A stretch of 64,000 bases of DNA, taken from the human T2T-CHM13v2.0 reference genome, Homo sapiens. Below the pieces are notes generated by a model that did no database searches, was not told where the DNA came from, and saw only the letters and a list, made by a program, of their open reading frames with translations. A program made the position numbers and the translations under genes. The stretch lies in assembly GCF_009914755.1 (NCBI RefSeq), contig NC_060926.1, one strand, 5' to 3'. Below are positions 30,505 through 47,516 of this stretch, one piece after another (within the stretch, counting starts at the first letter, position 1; each line of letters begins with the position of its first letter).

Positions 30505-32770
30505 TGTTTTTATTTTTAATTGACAAATAATAATTGTGTTTATGTATGAGATACAATGTGATCTACATATACCTCATAGAAAGATTCACTCAAGCTAATT
30601 AACAATCCACTGCCTCACTAATTTATCATTTGTTTGTGGAAAGAATGTTTAATATCTATTTTAGCAATTTTGAAATGTACAACATATTAACTATGGTCAC
30701 CATGCAGTGCAATAGATCACTAAAACTTATTTCTCTAGTCTAACTGAAATTTTGTACCTTCTGATCAACATCTTTCCTTTCCCCATGTCTTCCCTACCTG
30801 CCAGCCTTAGGAAACCACCTTTCTACCCTCTGTTTCTATAAGATCAATGTGGATAGATTGCACATAAAAGTGAGATAATACAGTATTTGTCTTTCTGTGC
30901 CTGGCTTATCTCACTTAGCATAATGTACCCCAGTCCAATCTATATTGTCACAAATGACATAATTTCTTGGTTTTTAAAGGTTGTATAGTATTCCACTGCG
31001 TAAATATTCTACATTTTCTTTATTCATGCATCTGTTGATAGACACTTAGGTTGCTTCCATACCTTGGCTACTGTGAATAACGTTGCAATGAACATGAGAG
31101 TACAGACATCTCTTTGACAAACCAATTTCAATTATTTTTGATAGGTACCCAGAAATGGGATTGCTAGATCATACAGTAAATCTATTTTTAATTTTTTTGA
31201 ATAACTTCGACACTATCTTCTACAACGCCTGTACCAATTTATATTCTCACCAACAAAGGTTCCCCTTTTTCTACATCCTCACCAATACTTGTTATCATTT
31301 ATCTTTTTGATAATACCCATTCTAACAGTCATGAGGTAATAACTCATCGTGCTTTTAATTTGCATTTTCCCTGATGATTAGAGATGGTATTTTTTCATAT
31401 ATCTATTAATCATTCATAGCTCATCTTTTGAGAAATGTCTGTTCAGATCCTTTGCTTGTTTTTAATTGGGTTATTTTCTTGCTACTGAGTTGAGTTCCTT
31501 TATATATTTTATGCAAAATAGATACATACAGGGAGCCAATTGTAGTCTCTTATAGAATGTATTGTTTGCAAATATTTTCCCCCAATCCACATGTTGTCTC
31601 TTCACTCTGTTAATTGTTTCTTTTGCTATGCAGAAGCTTTTCAGTTTGATGCAATCCCATTTGTTTATTATTGCTTTTGTTGTCTCTGCTTTCACAGTTT
31701 TATCCACAAAATGACTGCCCAGACAAATTTAGTAGAGTTTTCCACTATGGTTTCTCCTGGTAAGTCTACAGTTTCACATCTTAAGTTTAAGGCTTTTATC
31801 CATTTTGAGTTGACTGTTTGGATATGATGTGAGATAAGGGTCCAATTTCATTCTTTTGCATGTGGATATCAAGTTTTCCCAACATCATTTACTGAAGAGA
31901 CTGTTCTTTTCCCATTGTATAGTCTTGACACTTTCGTCAAGAGTCAATTAATCTTAAATACTTGAGTTGATTTCTAGGCATTCTATGTGGTCTCATTGGT
32001 CAATATCTTTGTTTGTATGCCAGAACCATGGTGTTTTGATTACAAAAGCTTTATGTCATATTTTGGAATCAAGGAGTGGAATGCCTCCACTTTTGTTCTT
32101 TTTGATAAGATTGTTTGGGTTTTTAGGGGTCTTTTCTGGTTCTATAAAATTTTATGAATTTTTTTTTGTATTTCAGTAAAAAAAATGACATTGGAATTCT
32201 GACAGAAATTACATTGAATCTATAGATCACTTTGGGTAGTACAGACATTTAAACAACATTCATTCTTTCAACTCACAAACATCTATTTGTATCTTCTTCA
32301 ATTTCTTTCATTAAAGTTTTATAATTTTCAATATACAAACCTTCTACCTCCTTGGTTAAATTTACTCCTAAGTAAATTTATTTTATTTAATTTTATTTTT
32401 GATTCTATTGTAAGTAGAATTATTTTAATTAATTTTTAATATCTTGTCGTTAGTGTGTAAAACACTTCTGACTTTTGTATATTTACTGTAACCTGCAATG
32501 TTACTGAATTTATTAGTTCTAACAATTTTTTGGTGGAGTCTTTGGGGTTTTCTGTATATAAGATCCTGTCATCACCAAATACAATTTCACTTCTTCCTTT
32601 TACATACGGATGCCTTTTATGTCTCTTTCTTGCCTAATTGTTGTTGCTAGGACTTCCACTATTAGGGTGTGCAGAAATGGCAAGAGGGGGCATCCTTGTT
32701 TTATTCCTAATATTAGTGGAAAAGCTTTCAACTTTTCACCATTTAGTATGATTTTAGATGTGGGCTTGTT
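30505..32770 (-). mobile_element. L1MA7/8-like 3' 2.3 kb
   Basis: tttttaattgacaaataataattg 3' end; ORF2 remnant KWDCIKLKSFCIAKETINRVKRQ (31471-31707). Confidence 0.88.
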
Positions 32771-33129
32771 ACAGGTTTGCTAATTTGAAAAAGTTGAAGA
32801 AGTTGGGTGAGATTAGTGCCTTGAAATTAGAAAAAGCCTCTAGACAAAATAAGTCAAAAAGATGTTCGAGAATCATAGCCTATTTTAATATTTCTTTGCA
32901 TTATCCCTACAGGCATTTTTATGAAAGTAACACAATGGACTTGCACTTTGGAAAAACATATTTAAAAACAATTTTAGTTGTGTATAACAAATCCATTAAA
33001 ATATTCAGAAAAAAGTTAATACAGCAACTTAGTTTTCAATTGAAACAGAAAAATAAACTCACAAACAGAAGTTAAATTACTGGTAAGTACAAAGAAGAAA
33101 GAGAATTAATTAGTGGTTGAAGAATTTTA

Positions 33130-36160
<3,031 letters not shown>

Positions 36161-36179
36161 TAAAATGCTTGTCTTATTC

Positions 36180-37024
36180 AACTGAAGTATCCTTCAGCAG
36201 GTGAATGGGTAGCCAAATTGTGATACATTTATATAATATACGAATCTTAAATGCATATAGTTGAATTTTTAAAAAATGATTTTAAAAGGCTATGTATTAC
36301 ACAGTTCCATTTACATGACATTCTGGAAAAGGAAAAATAATAGAGATAGTAAGCAGATCAGTTATGGTAGGGATTTGGAGATAAAGGAGTTTTGAACAGA
36401 TAAAGCACAGGGGATTTGTTTAGTGCAATGAAACTAATCTATATGATATTGTAATGATAGATACATGAGTCTATGCAGTTTTCAAACCCATAGGCATTTA
36501 TATTACAGTAAACCTTAATGCACGCCTTTTTAAAATTATTTCTTATAAACTCTAGATTATATGCCTATTAAAAAAATTAGGAGGTCAGGGAAACTAAAAA
36601 GGAATGCAGACTATGAAAATCATCTAATCATATTACTGATGTATGAAATAACTTCAAAAAGGATAAAAGAAAGAGTTATTGATTTAAGAAACTTTAGAAA
36701 TAAATGCAGTCTTCAAAAATAAAGGCAAAAGGAACTAATCATAAGAATTGTACTCTAATTGATAAAGTTCTTTCCCATAGGAGTATGAGTAAACATTTCT
36801 GGAATGATTATACAGATATACTGTAATTGAACAATTTAGTAAATAGTGGGACCCCAGTTTCTCACTGACAGGCTGGAAGGCCACAGACAAGCAGGGGCAG
36901 AAACCTAGAGTAACCCTTGTGGTAATGTGTTAGAGTTGAAGATTTCAGCTTAACTCATGCTTAACTTAATGCGGGTACAAATGAATATATATGGAGAAAT
37001 ATTTATAGATATGTGTGTGTGTAC

Positions 37025-37083
<59 letters not shown>

Positions 37084-37810
37084 TTAGTATGTACACATGT
37101 ATTTTCTAGTTCCGTCAGTTAAGAGGGCCTAGAAGGAATGACATTCCAATAGCAATAAGCACACATAACACCAACATCTTGGTTTCTAATATCATACTTT
37201 AGTACAACAAACGGCGGCTTCTTGAAGAAATGGCAGATACTAGAACTGGGGCAGGGAACACACAAGATTTGTCTTGAGCATTTATAGTGCTAAGAAGTAA
37301 GAAATGTTTTTAAAACGTAAAATAATGGAGTAGGTCAAAGGACATACAAGAGTCAGCTGAAAGAACTCTCAATGACTGAATCTGGAACAATTTGAGCGAC
37401 AAAAAAACTAATGTATTATATTAATATTATAACATAAATTATAAAATAAATGGCACGAATCCATACTGTTAAAAATAAGTAATTGAATATATAAATGTAT
37501 GGAGGAGAATAGATACATTTCCCATGCAGAGAAATTCCAAATAATTTATGTAGATACTCCACCTATCCTCAGGGAACTGAAACATTATTTCTCACTCAAT
37601 TGTGGGCTGAGTAGAATAACTTCCTTTCAAAGAATACAGTATGGAAGTGGGTGAAGGGAAGGGCAACTTTGCAGTGGATAAACCTAATAAACACTACCTT
37701 AGCCAGGTGGTAAGATTAACATCAACAGTGATGAGTCATGTTGATAGTATTTATTCTTGAAATAATGTGATAGAAATAGTACTGTATCACTATTGGCTTC
37801 CTCCAGAAAA
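36180..37810 (+). mobile_element. L1MC-like (MC3-type) 3' end with long 3' UTR
   Basis: ttccatttacatgacattctggaaaagg, taagattaacatcaacagtgatgagtcatgttgatagta motifs. Confidence 0.75.
37012..37080 (+). repeat. Compound (TG)n(TA)n microsatellite
   Basis: Directly visible. Confidence 0.95.
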
Positions 37811-38239
37811 TTCATTAGTCAGTTTGCTATTGAATTTAATTTTTATTATCTTTATTATCCATTAGAAGATCAAGGAAAGAAATGAATCAGGATCTGACAT
37901 TAAAATACCTATTCCTATTGCTTTAACATTATTTTCTTGTTTAGTAATGCCACCAATTTCAGCCACTATACAGTTATAAGTATTTAGTCATAAACTTAAT
38001 ATTAAGAAAAAAATTACTGTGAATTCACAGTAAAAGACGATAAAGTTTTAAGAGATCTTCTAATTATCTTTCCTCTCTCCTTTACTGATTATCTCCACTA
38101 TAACAACATCCGTTTTCTGAAGAAATTTTTAAATTATGCTATTCACTTGCTTAAAATCTTTCCTGTCTAGCCACTGCCCTTAGTATGAAAAATAGTTGGT
38201 ATTTTAACATGGGATTCAAAGTTCTCTATAACCTGGCTC

Positions 38240-38695
38240 TGTTTGGGGTTGAATTATGCCCTCCAAAAACACATGTTGTGGCTCTAACACCAGGTTCCTG
38301 TGAATGTGACCTTATTTGAGAATAGAGTCTTTGCAGGTGTAATCAAGTTAAGATGAGGTCATATTGGATTAGTATTGGCCTAACCCAAGGAATTCTGTCC
38401 TTAGAAGAAAAGGAAAATTTAGACACAGAAAATAGGGAGAACTCCATGTCATTTAGAAGGCAGAGACTGGAGTGTTGCATCTACAAGCCATGGAACAGCA
38501 AGAATTGCAACTACTAGAAGCTTAAAAAAGGCAAAGAAAGGATTATTCTTCAGAATCTTCAAAGAACACATGGCCCTTGCTGACACTTTGATTTCAGATT
38601 TCTAGCACACAGAACAGTGAGACAATAACTTTCTGTTGGTTGATGCCTTTCAAGTTTACAGTAATTTGTTATGGCAACACTAGGAAATTAATACA
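38240..38695 (+). mobile_element. MLT1C-like solo LTR
   Basis: TG...CA termini; perfect 5-bp TSD GGCTC at 38235-38239 and 38696-38700. Confidence 0.9.
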
Positions 38696-39159
38696 GGCTC
38701 TAACTTAACTTTCCAACAACACATTTCAGATTAGAAAGAACTCTTAAATTGAATTTCACTTTCCTTCTTCCTCATTTCCCAAAGAAAAGTTGACTTTCAC
38801 CATCTAAATCTGATGCCCAACTCTTCTTTTATACCCATCATTCTTCTTCTTGCATGTAATCTTTTATCTGCTCTAAACATCCTTCATATGTCCCCTTGAG
38901 CTATTATAGGCTAAACACATACAAATAGCATGATTTCAATATGTATATAAATTATATATAGAAAACAATGGAATGCAATAGACGCATCTCCTAAACATGC
39001 AAGTGGTTGAGTAGAAGAACTTGGAGCAATTTTTTTTTTTGGCGGGCGGAGGGGGTCAGGGAGTGAAGGGGTATAATAAAACTTGGTATTGGGTAAGTAT
39101 TCTCATTGTAGAAATACAAATGCATTTTGGTCTTTACCAGATTTTCTTTTAAATGTCTA

Positions 39160-39895
39160 GTCATTTTTAATAGGCTGAACTTTTTAGTGCAGTTTTAGGT
39201 TCACAGAAAAACTGACAAAAATGTATAGTTTTCACATATCCCCTGCCCCAAACATGCACAGCCTCCCCAGTATCAGTATTCCACACCAGAGTAATATTTT
39301 TGTTATAATCGATGAACCAGTATAGAGAAACCATTATCACTCAAAGTCTACAGTTTGCTATAGCGTCCCCTTTTGGTTTTGTACATTCTACGGGTTTGGG
39401 GAGATATGCAATGACATATATCCACCATTGTAAGACCAAAGTATTTTCATTGCCCTAAAAATCTTATATGTTCCTAACCTATTCATCTCTCCTTCCCCTC
39501 TTCCCTCCTGGCAAATACTGATCTTTTTACTATATTCACAGTTTTGGCTTTTCCAGAATAGCATATATGTGGAATCATAAAGTATGTAACCCTTTCAGAT
39601 TGGCTTCTTTCACTTAGTAATATGCATTTAATGTTTCTTTATGTCTTTCCGTAGCTCATTTCCTTTTAGCACTGAATAATAATTAATTGTCTGGATGAAC
39701 CACAGTGTATTCACCCATTTACCTACTGAAGAACATTTTGGTTGTTTTCAAGTTTTGACAATTATGGGTAAAGCTGCTATAAACATCCATGTGCATGTTT
39801 TTGTGTTGACATAAGTTTTCAACTTACTTGGAAAAATATCAAAGAATGCAATTGCTGTATCATATGGTAAGAATATGTTTAGTTTTGTAAGAATT
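39160..39895 (-). mobile_element. L1MC1/2-like 3' end
   Basis: gcagttttaggttcacagaaaaactga...ttggcttctttcacttagtaatatgcattta...aagctgctataaacatcc. Confidence 0.85.
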
Positions 39896-40599
39896 TTATC
39901 CTAATGTCTTTTCTACATTTCCTTGAAATGTACATTGATGAGTATGTATCATAACAATAATAAGCATTTTAATTAGATACATTTCTTTGAGACAATGTGC
40001 TCCTTTAAAAAGGCAAGGTGTGTCACAGTCATCTTTGTTTGTCACCTGATTCCTAATGTGTAGAGATCATTCCATAAATATTCTCTGAATTATTAGATTG
40101 AATAGACATTCAAAATTCAATGAATTACAAGGAAAGGTAAGGTGCCTATTCTAAGGACACTTTTGAAAACTAGTGTGTTTCTCTCTCATTACTCCAACAA
40201 GTTATAACTCTGAATTTTCAAGTGATGTTTTTCTCAGAGGATGTCCTCAGAGTGGCTTATTTATCATGCACTTGTAACACCCTCTGTTATTGCACATTTT
40301 TCAAAATTAAGAGTGTTGGCTGACTGCTTTTTTATCCAATTAAGATTTATAACCTAGAATGTCCATTTCTTTCAGACTCAGAGCCTAGAATATGCTTAAT
40401 GTTCTGATTCATGTCTTTGTTCATTCAGCTCTAAAAGGTTTGCTGGGATCTACATGGGAAATAAACAGTATCATCAGAGTTCTACAGTTTTAAGAGAATA
40501 CAGGATGATTCAGATAGAAACAGAATAAAGACTGGGACACTAGGCCATTTGCCAGCATGCTATGAATAACTCTTAACATCTAAGCCACTATATCTTTAT

Positions 40600-40780
40600 T
40601 TTTTAAATTTGTTTATTTTTAATTGAAAAGTAATAATTATGTATATTTATGAGGGTACAATGTGATACTTTGATCTATGTACACATTATAGAAAGATTTA
40701 ATCAAGCTAATTAACATATTCATAACCTCGCCAATTTTTATTTTTATTTTTTTTGCTAAAAATCTAATTTAGCAATTCTT
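40600..40780 (-). mobile_element. Short L1MA 3' terminal fragment
   Basis: Similar to 30510-30670 (aattga..aataatt..tacaatgtgat..caagctaattaaca). Confidence 0.7.
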
Positions 40781-41637
40781 TTAATTCCTGAAAGTGCTAC
40801 ACATTAATTCACTGGCTCCAGACAAAGGCATTAATCAGTGTCAATAAATATTTATTGGACTACTGTGTACAAAGTACTATAGATAATTTAATTTAAAATA
40901 TTTTGTCCTTGCCTTCATAATACTTTCAACTTCTAAAGAAGGCATAGTTTATGACTGTGAAAAACAAGCCCTGGATAATCACCCATATTTTAAAAAGAAA
41001 AGCATCAGCTTTAATAGAAAATTTTGCTTACAGCTGCACAAATGTATTTGGAATTTGTATTGTATCTTTAATCTTTTAACAAGCACCTTTTTTTGAAAGG
41101 GGAGAGTACAATATGAATTTTCTTCTCTAAGAAGCAAGGATCATATCTCTTATCTGAATATACATATTTTTAAAGATCAATGAGAAGAGGAGACACAGCG
41201 TAGGTAACAGAACAAAGGAAGAGAATGAACCATGAATCAATTACATGAGAGACTTGCAGTGATTATATTGTTACCATGAAGATGTCCTTTTTTCTTGAGA
41301 GTCTTGACCAGGCTCTTTGGAAATTTTCCTTACTTACAGACTATTCCTGTTCATTAACCATAATGAGATGAGAATACACTGTCAATAAAGTGTCATCTAA
41401 ATAAGACTGCCATACAGACAGTTTCTTTAGGTTTTTCAGATGGCCCTTTCTCTGCTTCACCATGAGTAATAATTTGATGGATTGGACCTGTCACTCACCT
41501 ACAGGTTTATGCATCAAAATGTGTAATTATCTCAAATATTTCCCCTATCTTCTATCTTCTCCAAGTACCTTCCAACTGTGTCCCTTGTCATTTATAAAAA
41601 TCCCTTGTAACACCTCACTATAAATGTCTTTAGTAAT

Positions 41638-42016
41638 TGATATGGTTTGAATTTGTGTCCCCGCCCAAATGTCATGTCAAATTGTAATCCCCAATGCTGA
41701 AGGAGGGCCCTTGTGGGAGCTGATTGGATTATGGGGGCATATTTCCTCCTTGCTGTTCTCATGATAGTGAGTTTTCATGAGATCTGGTTGTCTAAAAGTG
41801 TGTAGCACCTCCCTCTTCTTGCTCTTCCTCCTGCTGTGGTCATGTAAGATGTGTCTGCTTCCCCTTCGACTTCAACCATGATTGTAAGTTTCCTGAGACC
41901 TCCCAGCCATGCTTCCTGTACAGCCTGCAGAACCATGAGCCAATTAAACCTCTTTTCTTTATAAATTACCCAGTCTGCGGTGGAACTTTATAGCAGTGTG
42001 AGAACAAACTAATATA
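41638..42016 (+). mobile_element. MSTA/THE1D-like solo LTR
   Basis: TGATATGGTTTG start, caattaaacctcttttctttataaattacccagtct, end actaatata; TSD (G/A)TAAT. Confidence 0.9.
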
Positions 42017-42801
42017 ATAATGTATTCCCATTTCTTTTCTTTTTTCTTCCTAAACAACCAGCACTGCTACTTCATCACTATTCAAGCATCCAAACTGACT
42101 GTAAAAGCTTCCTGAGACTTCCTTCCCAAGACAAAGCCATGGACAATTACCTTGGGCACGTCTTAGCTGATCAAAGCCGGTCAATTGAAAGCAGAGAGAG
42201 CTACTAATATTACTGCTAAAAGAAAGTAGGTTCAGCGTATTTCTTCCTCCTACGTGTTACTTACCACTCCCCGCCACCACCCCCAGCAAAAAGAAACACT
42301 TTTTGCAATATATTGCAAAGAATAGAAGCTATACTTTTATTAAACATAGTCAGCCTTTAATAACATTAGGCAACCATAAACACAGGAATGAAGATCTCCA
42401 TTTCCTTTCTATTACTATTCCTGCAAAACATCCCCATCAAAACTAAATTTAGAGAAAACTCATCTGTTCCAACTTCCACTTTGAGCAAGTAACTAACAAT
42501 AAAACGAATCCGAAAAGGGATCAAAGAACTTAGTAAAATAAAAGGTATTAGAAAACAAAGAGACAAGATACGGATGAGAATTATGATGATTTCAATGAAT
42601 ATGGCATAATTTAGTTAAGCATGTTCTTTGTAGACATAAAAAGACACAGATATTTTAGGAAAAAGGAAAAACCATGGGGTTTACAAACTGGGATTCTCTT
42701 AATTCTAGCTGGAGATAGAAAAGATAACTAACTCCTCTGATTCCACATTCTCATATATAAAATGTAAATAATATTAATAATATTCATCACGAACACTGTT
42801 T

Positions 42802-43190
42802 TTAAGAAAATGTGGCACACATATACCACAGAATACTATGCAGCCATAAAAGGAATGAAATCATGTCCTTTGCAGCAACATGGATGCAGCTGGAGGCCAT
42901 TATATTCTAAGTGAACAACTCAGAAATAGAAAATCAAATACTGCATGTTCTCATTTACAAGTAGGAACTAAACATTGGGTACACATGGACATAAAGATGG
43001 GAACAATAGGAACTAGGGACTCCAAAAGGGAGGAGGGAGGGAGGAAATGGGGGAAAGGTTAAAAAAAAAAATCTACGCCTTGGGTACTATGTTCGCTACT
43101 AAGGTGATGTGTGCAGTCAAAGCCCAAACCTCAGTGTCACACAATATATCCATGTAACAAACCTGCATATGTACCCCCTGAACCTAAATG
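42802..43190 (+). mobile_element. Old L1PA/L1PB 3' end
   Basis: aagaaaatgtgg...gcagcaacatggatgcagctggaggcc...catgtaacaaacctgcatatgtaccccctgaacctaaa. Confidence 0.85.
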
Positions 43191-43909
43191 ATATTTAAGT
43201 AGCTTTAATCTTATAAAGGTGAATGTGGCATAAATCTTATAAACGTGAAAACGCCATCAGTGTCAATTAATATTGTCTACAATATGAGCAAATACCTAAA
43301 AGAGAGTCAGCTGTATGAAACAAACTCAATAAATTTTGGTTTTCTTCATAGCATATGAATCTAGAATAAGAAAATTAGAGACTTCAAAATATGAACTTTA
43401 AGAAAAGTTATTAGTTTGGCCATTTCTCTATTTTTGTGTTTATTCTAGCAATGGAAAAACTGGGATAAAATTAGAGACTCAGCAACAGTCCTTCTTGAAC
43501 ATTTTTTTTGAAATGAATTTTTTCATTATTTACCATTTGGAGATACAAGTGGGAAATGCACGCATTGAGAGAAAATTTACAAGGATGAATCCTAATAATT
43601 GAGGGCAATGTGTACCATCAAGATATTTGGCTACAACTTCTACATGCAATGATTGTCTTCTAATAGAGATTATATTGTCAGGATTGATAAAGTTAATGAT
43701 TTTGATGGTATTTAAGTGATGTACATAATATTTGAAAACACCTGAATTTATAAAATGGGCTTACTCTACATGAAGTTACAAAATCCCTTTATGCATTCTT
43801 CATTGGAAAATTAAAAGATTTTAAGATTTTTATTTTCTAACTTTTTACTTTGAAATAGTTTCATATTTTCAAGAAAGCTACAAAACTAGTAACAAAGAAT
43901 TCCTTTATA

Positions 43910-44280
43910 AATAATTGAATAAATAAGCTAAAGGGAAAAAGGAACACTCTTTTTTAAAGCAGAATTCCAATTAATAACTGCAGAAGGAATGACAATAGAA
44001 AATGACCATTTGGCAAACACCACAGAAATAATTATTGTAAACTGTGATTCATGGGCAAATATATGATCAGAAATACTATATTTTCGTAATCTCAAAGGAC
44101 TTATAAATTGCATAATAAAAAACAATTTATTAACAAAACCTAAAGACCCCACCTCAACTAAGAGATCAAAGTTGGCATTATCAACCATGAGAAATATGGA
44201 TTTCATGTAATCCTTGATATGATACACTGAGAAGGGCATAGCATCACTTTTGGGATACTCTTGCCAAGAATAAGATATCT
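43910..44280 (+). mobile_element. L1MC/ME 3' UTR remnant
   Basis: gcagaattccaattaataactgcagaagga, atgatacactgagaagggcatagcatcacttt. Confidence 0.55.
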
Positions 44281-44754
44281 TAAATGCAGCAAAAATATTC
44301 TCCTGGTACTATGTGGGGAAAAAAAGGCATTTCACAAGAATCTCAAGATTTCTTTCGAATCATCTCTCAATGTATAATATGTAATTGAGTTATATACAGA
44401 AAAGGTAAACTGGAATTCATTGGAATGTATTTGGGGTATTTTCAGCTAAATTACATTAAATAACAAGAGCATTTTTACTAACCCCATATACACAATTAAT
44501 TATATCAGAAAACAAAATAGAAGTACTTATTGATTCTCCCCTTTATATAGCAGCGTACTTCATTTTCATAACAGAGATAAGATTTAAGCTAGAGGGAGTA
44601 TAAATTTATCTAACAGCTCTTCTAAAATATTTCTTGAACCATCTGTCAATACCTAAACATTTATTTTAAAAGATGCAATAATTAAGTTGGGCAGAAAAGT
44701 TGGGCCCAAAAGACTACCTGAGAGGTACATAACGTGACCATGAGGGTAAATGAC

Positions 44755-45125
44755 TTTATTAGTTACCTACTGTTGTATAACAAGTTACCTCAAAACTTAG
44801 TATCTAAACAAAAAAAAAAAATATTTTTTATCTCAGAGTTTCTCTAGTCAGGAATTTTGAAAGGGCTTAGCTGGTTGCTTCTGGCTCAAGGTCTTTCATG
44901 AGTTTGTGTCTGAAAGGGAAGAAGGATCCGGTCTCAAGTCCTCGGAAGCCTTCAGTGTCTCACTGACTTGTAGTGAGTGACTGTAGTTCTCTGTCCTGTG
45001 GTTCTCTGAATAGGCTGCCTGAGTTTCCTCACATGTGTGATCCCAGAGAGTAAGAGTCAGAAAAGCCATGACAGCATTGCAGAGGCATTTTGTTACACTG
45101 TCTCCCAAGTTACCTACTGTCACTT
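44755..45125 (-). mobile_element. MLT1 (F/G/H-like) LTR remnant
   Basis: attagttacctactgttgtataacaagttacctcaaaacttag...gggcttagctgg..ctggctcaaggtct. Confidence 0.6.
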
Positions 45126-45784
45126 CCCCTACCTCGTAAGCTTCCTTTGTTCTACCTAATAGCCAGCATATGAATCCTCCTCATTTTTACTGTTTCTCCA
45201 GAATAAATGCTGGTATGAGATGCCATACAGGAAAATCACATTTTAAAGTATGAAAATATGTGCCTTTTTTCAAGCCTGAATATTGAGGGCTAAATTATTT
45301 CTAAACTTTCTAAAATTATTTTCTCAAGATAAAACACATTTTCCACATGGGTATGTTATGTGCTGTGTATCAAATTCATATGTTTCTTAAAATATTTTTG
45401 CTACAATGATTACAATAAAAGTTGATTGCTAAATATATTAAGAATCTACCAGAAATTTAAAATGAGTCTTCAACATCATAGAAACACTACTCCCATCAAA
45501 CTGAAGAACTGTCTTATTACATTCCTGGCAGATAAACAGCAAAGTCTTTCCCAAACTTTCCTGCTCATAGAAATTTCATAATACACAGGATAAAAATTAC
45601 TTATACCTATGACATTTCTCTGATCTACTTAATCAGAACTCCAGTGGAGAGTCCGGAAGTCTTTATTTTTATGAGGAAGCCTAGTTATTCTTTGCATGGA
45701 GCAGGTTTGAGAGATACCTAATCTTTACTGAAAGCGCTCCTGCTGCAGACTAGTTATTACCCCACCAGAAAGCTTTTTAAAAGA

Positions 45785-46205
45785 GCATCATGTTAAGTGA
45801 AATAAGCCAGGCACAGAAAGACAAATACCACATAATCTCACTCGTGAGTGAAATATTAAAACGTTGATCTCACAGAACTAGAGAGTGGAATGGCAGTTAC
45901 CAGGAACTGGGGTGGTGGGAGGGGAGAGAGTTGGAGAGATGTTGGTCAAAGGATACAAAATTTCAGTTAGACAGAAGGAATACATTCAAGAAATCTATTG
46001 TACAACATGGTAACTGTGGTTAATAAGAATATAATGTATTCTTGAAAGATGCTGAGAGTGGATGTTAAGTGTTCTCACCACTAAAATTATAATTATGTGA
46101 GAGAATGCATACGTTAATTAGCTAGGTTTAGTCAATCTATAATGTATGTATACCCGAAATATATTGTACACAATAAGTATGAACAATTTTATCCACCAAT
46201 TTTTT
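45785..46205 (+). mobile_element. L1MA 3' end; its tail resumes at 48581-48630
   Basis: tgttaagtgaaataagccaggcacagaaagacaaatac...aaaggatacaaaatttcagttag. Confidence 0.85.
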
Positions 46206-46206
46206 T

Positions 46207-47501
46207 GTATCTAAAATTCACTTTATTGACATCTTAGAAATTTTATTTTTAACAACCAATTCATGGTATTTTGTTGTTTACTATTACAAATGATTTTACA
46301 GTGAATGTTCTTCTACATACATTAGTTCACACTTGTTCAAGATGTTAGATAAGATCAAGTAGAATCAATTAATGGTCAAAAGTCCCCATTTTTATTTTTG
46401 ACGGATATTGCCAAATCGATGTTTATACTAATTTATACTCCTGCATACAGACATATATACCAAACTACACTCCCAGAAGCAAACAACTGAGGGTGACTGT
46501 TTTCCCCCACAACCATTAACAGGACATAATATCTACCTATTGATTTTGCCTATTAAATTGATGATACGTACTTCATCAAATTTCTCTTCCTCCAAGTAGA
46601 AATGAACATTTTTATAAATGTGAACAATTTGCAATTACAGCTGTTTCCTGTGTGTTTTTTATGTTTTCTGGTAATGTTTACCTGACTTAAAAGTAGCACA
46701 AAGCCACAATATGGCTGAAACCAATTTTGAGAATCTTCCCAAGGGAAAGAAGTCAGGAAAAGAGAATGTCGGGGAACAGGAGCCGATAACCAGAGCCGTG
46801 AAGCCCCAGGCCCTATTAAATGTTCTAATTCTTCTAGATTTTGTTTTGACCGTATGCAGATTGAAGAATGATAATCATAAAGACCCTCTTATGATTCTAG
46901 TACTATCTCTTTCTCTTCCTCTTAAGAGAGGATACAGAAGCAGTGGCTCCATTCCAAGGGATATAGCAGAAGTCATTCTTTGATTAGAGATTTCTGTAAT
47001 GAATGCTCTTTGCTCCTAATCTTTTATACTTAGACCAGTCACCAAAACCCAAGTAGTTATTCACTGTGCTTATGTTAACAAGGCTACAGGAGATAAACTA
47101 AGTAATTTTTTAAAAATTATTAAAGCAGGATCTTGGCTTCCTAAACTCTTATACTTCTAGTGAGAAGTTTCATTTATGAAAGATAGTTTTATCTTTGCAT
47201 AATATGCTCTTCAGACAACTTTTATCTAGGACTTTACAGATAATTTTCAAAGGATTAAAAGTCAGGCTTAGATCAATTTTATCACAGCAGAGTTAATATT
47301 ATCTTTTCCCAGATGAGCAATTCCAATGTGAGGAAACTTCTTACATGTTTTCAATTAGACTTTATTATATTTAAACATTAGAAATGGATGAGAAACAGAT
47401 GACAAAACTATTTAGGTCTTCTTTCAATGTAAAAACATTGAGTCTATAAATATAAAAATAATACTGATACTTACTTTGACACCCCTAAATTGTGTTCCTT
47501 C
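46207..47501 (-). other. Putative L1 3'-transduced segment (contains an old L1ME-like piece near 46250-46680)
   Basis: Lies between an L1 end with A12 (47502-47519, minus) and AATAAA plus T run (46222-46227, 46200-46206), inside the 16-bp TSD. Confidence 0.75.
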
Positions 47502-47516
47502 TTTTTTTTTTTTATT

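Noticed and set aside
43207-43260. Short imperfect tandem duplications (also about 7182-7215 and 27097-27126)
   Set aside because: Ordinary slippage-scale duplications with no further structure
46711-46983. 90-aa ATG ORF inside the transduced segment
   Set aside because: No recognisable domain; antisense to the inferred transduced transcript
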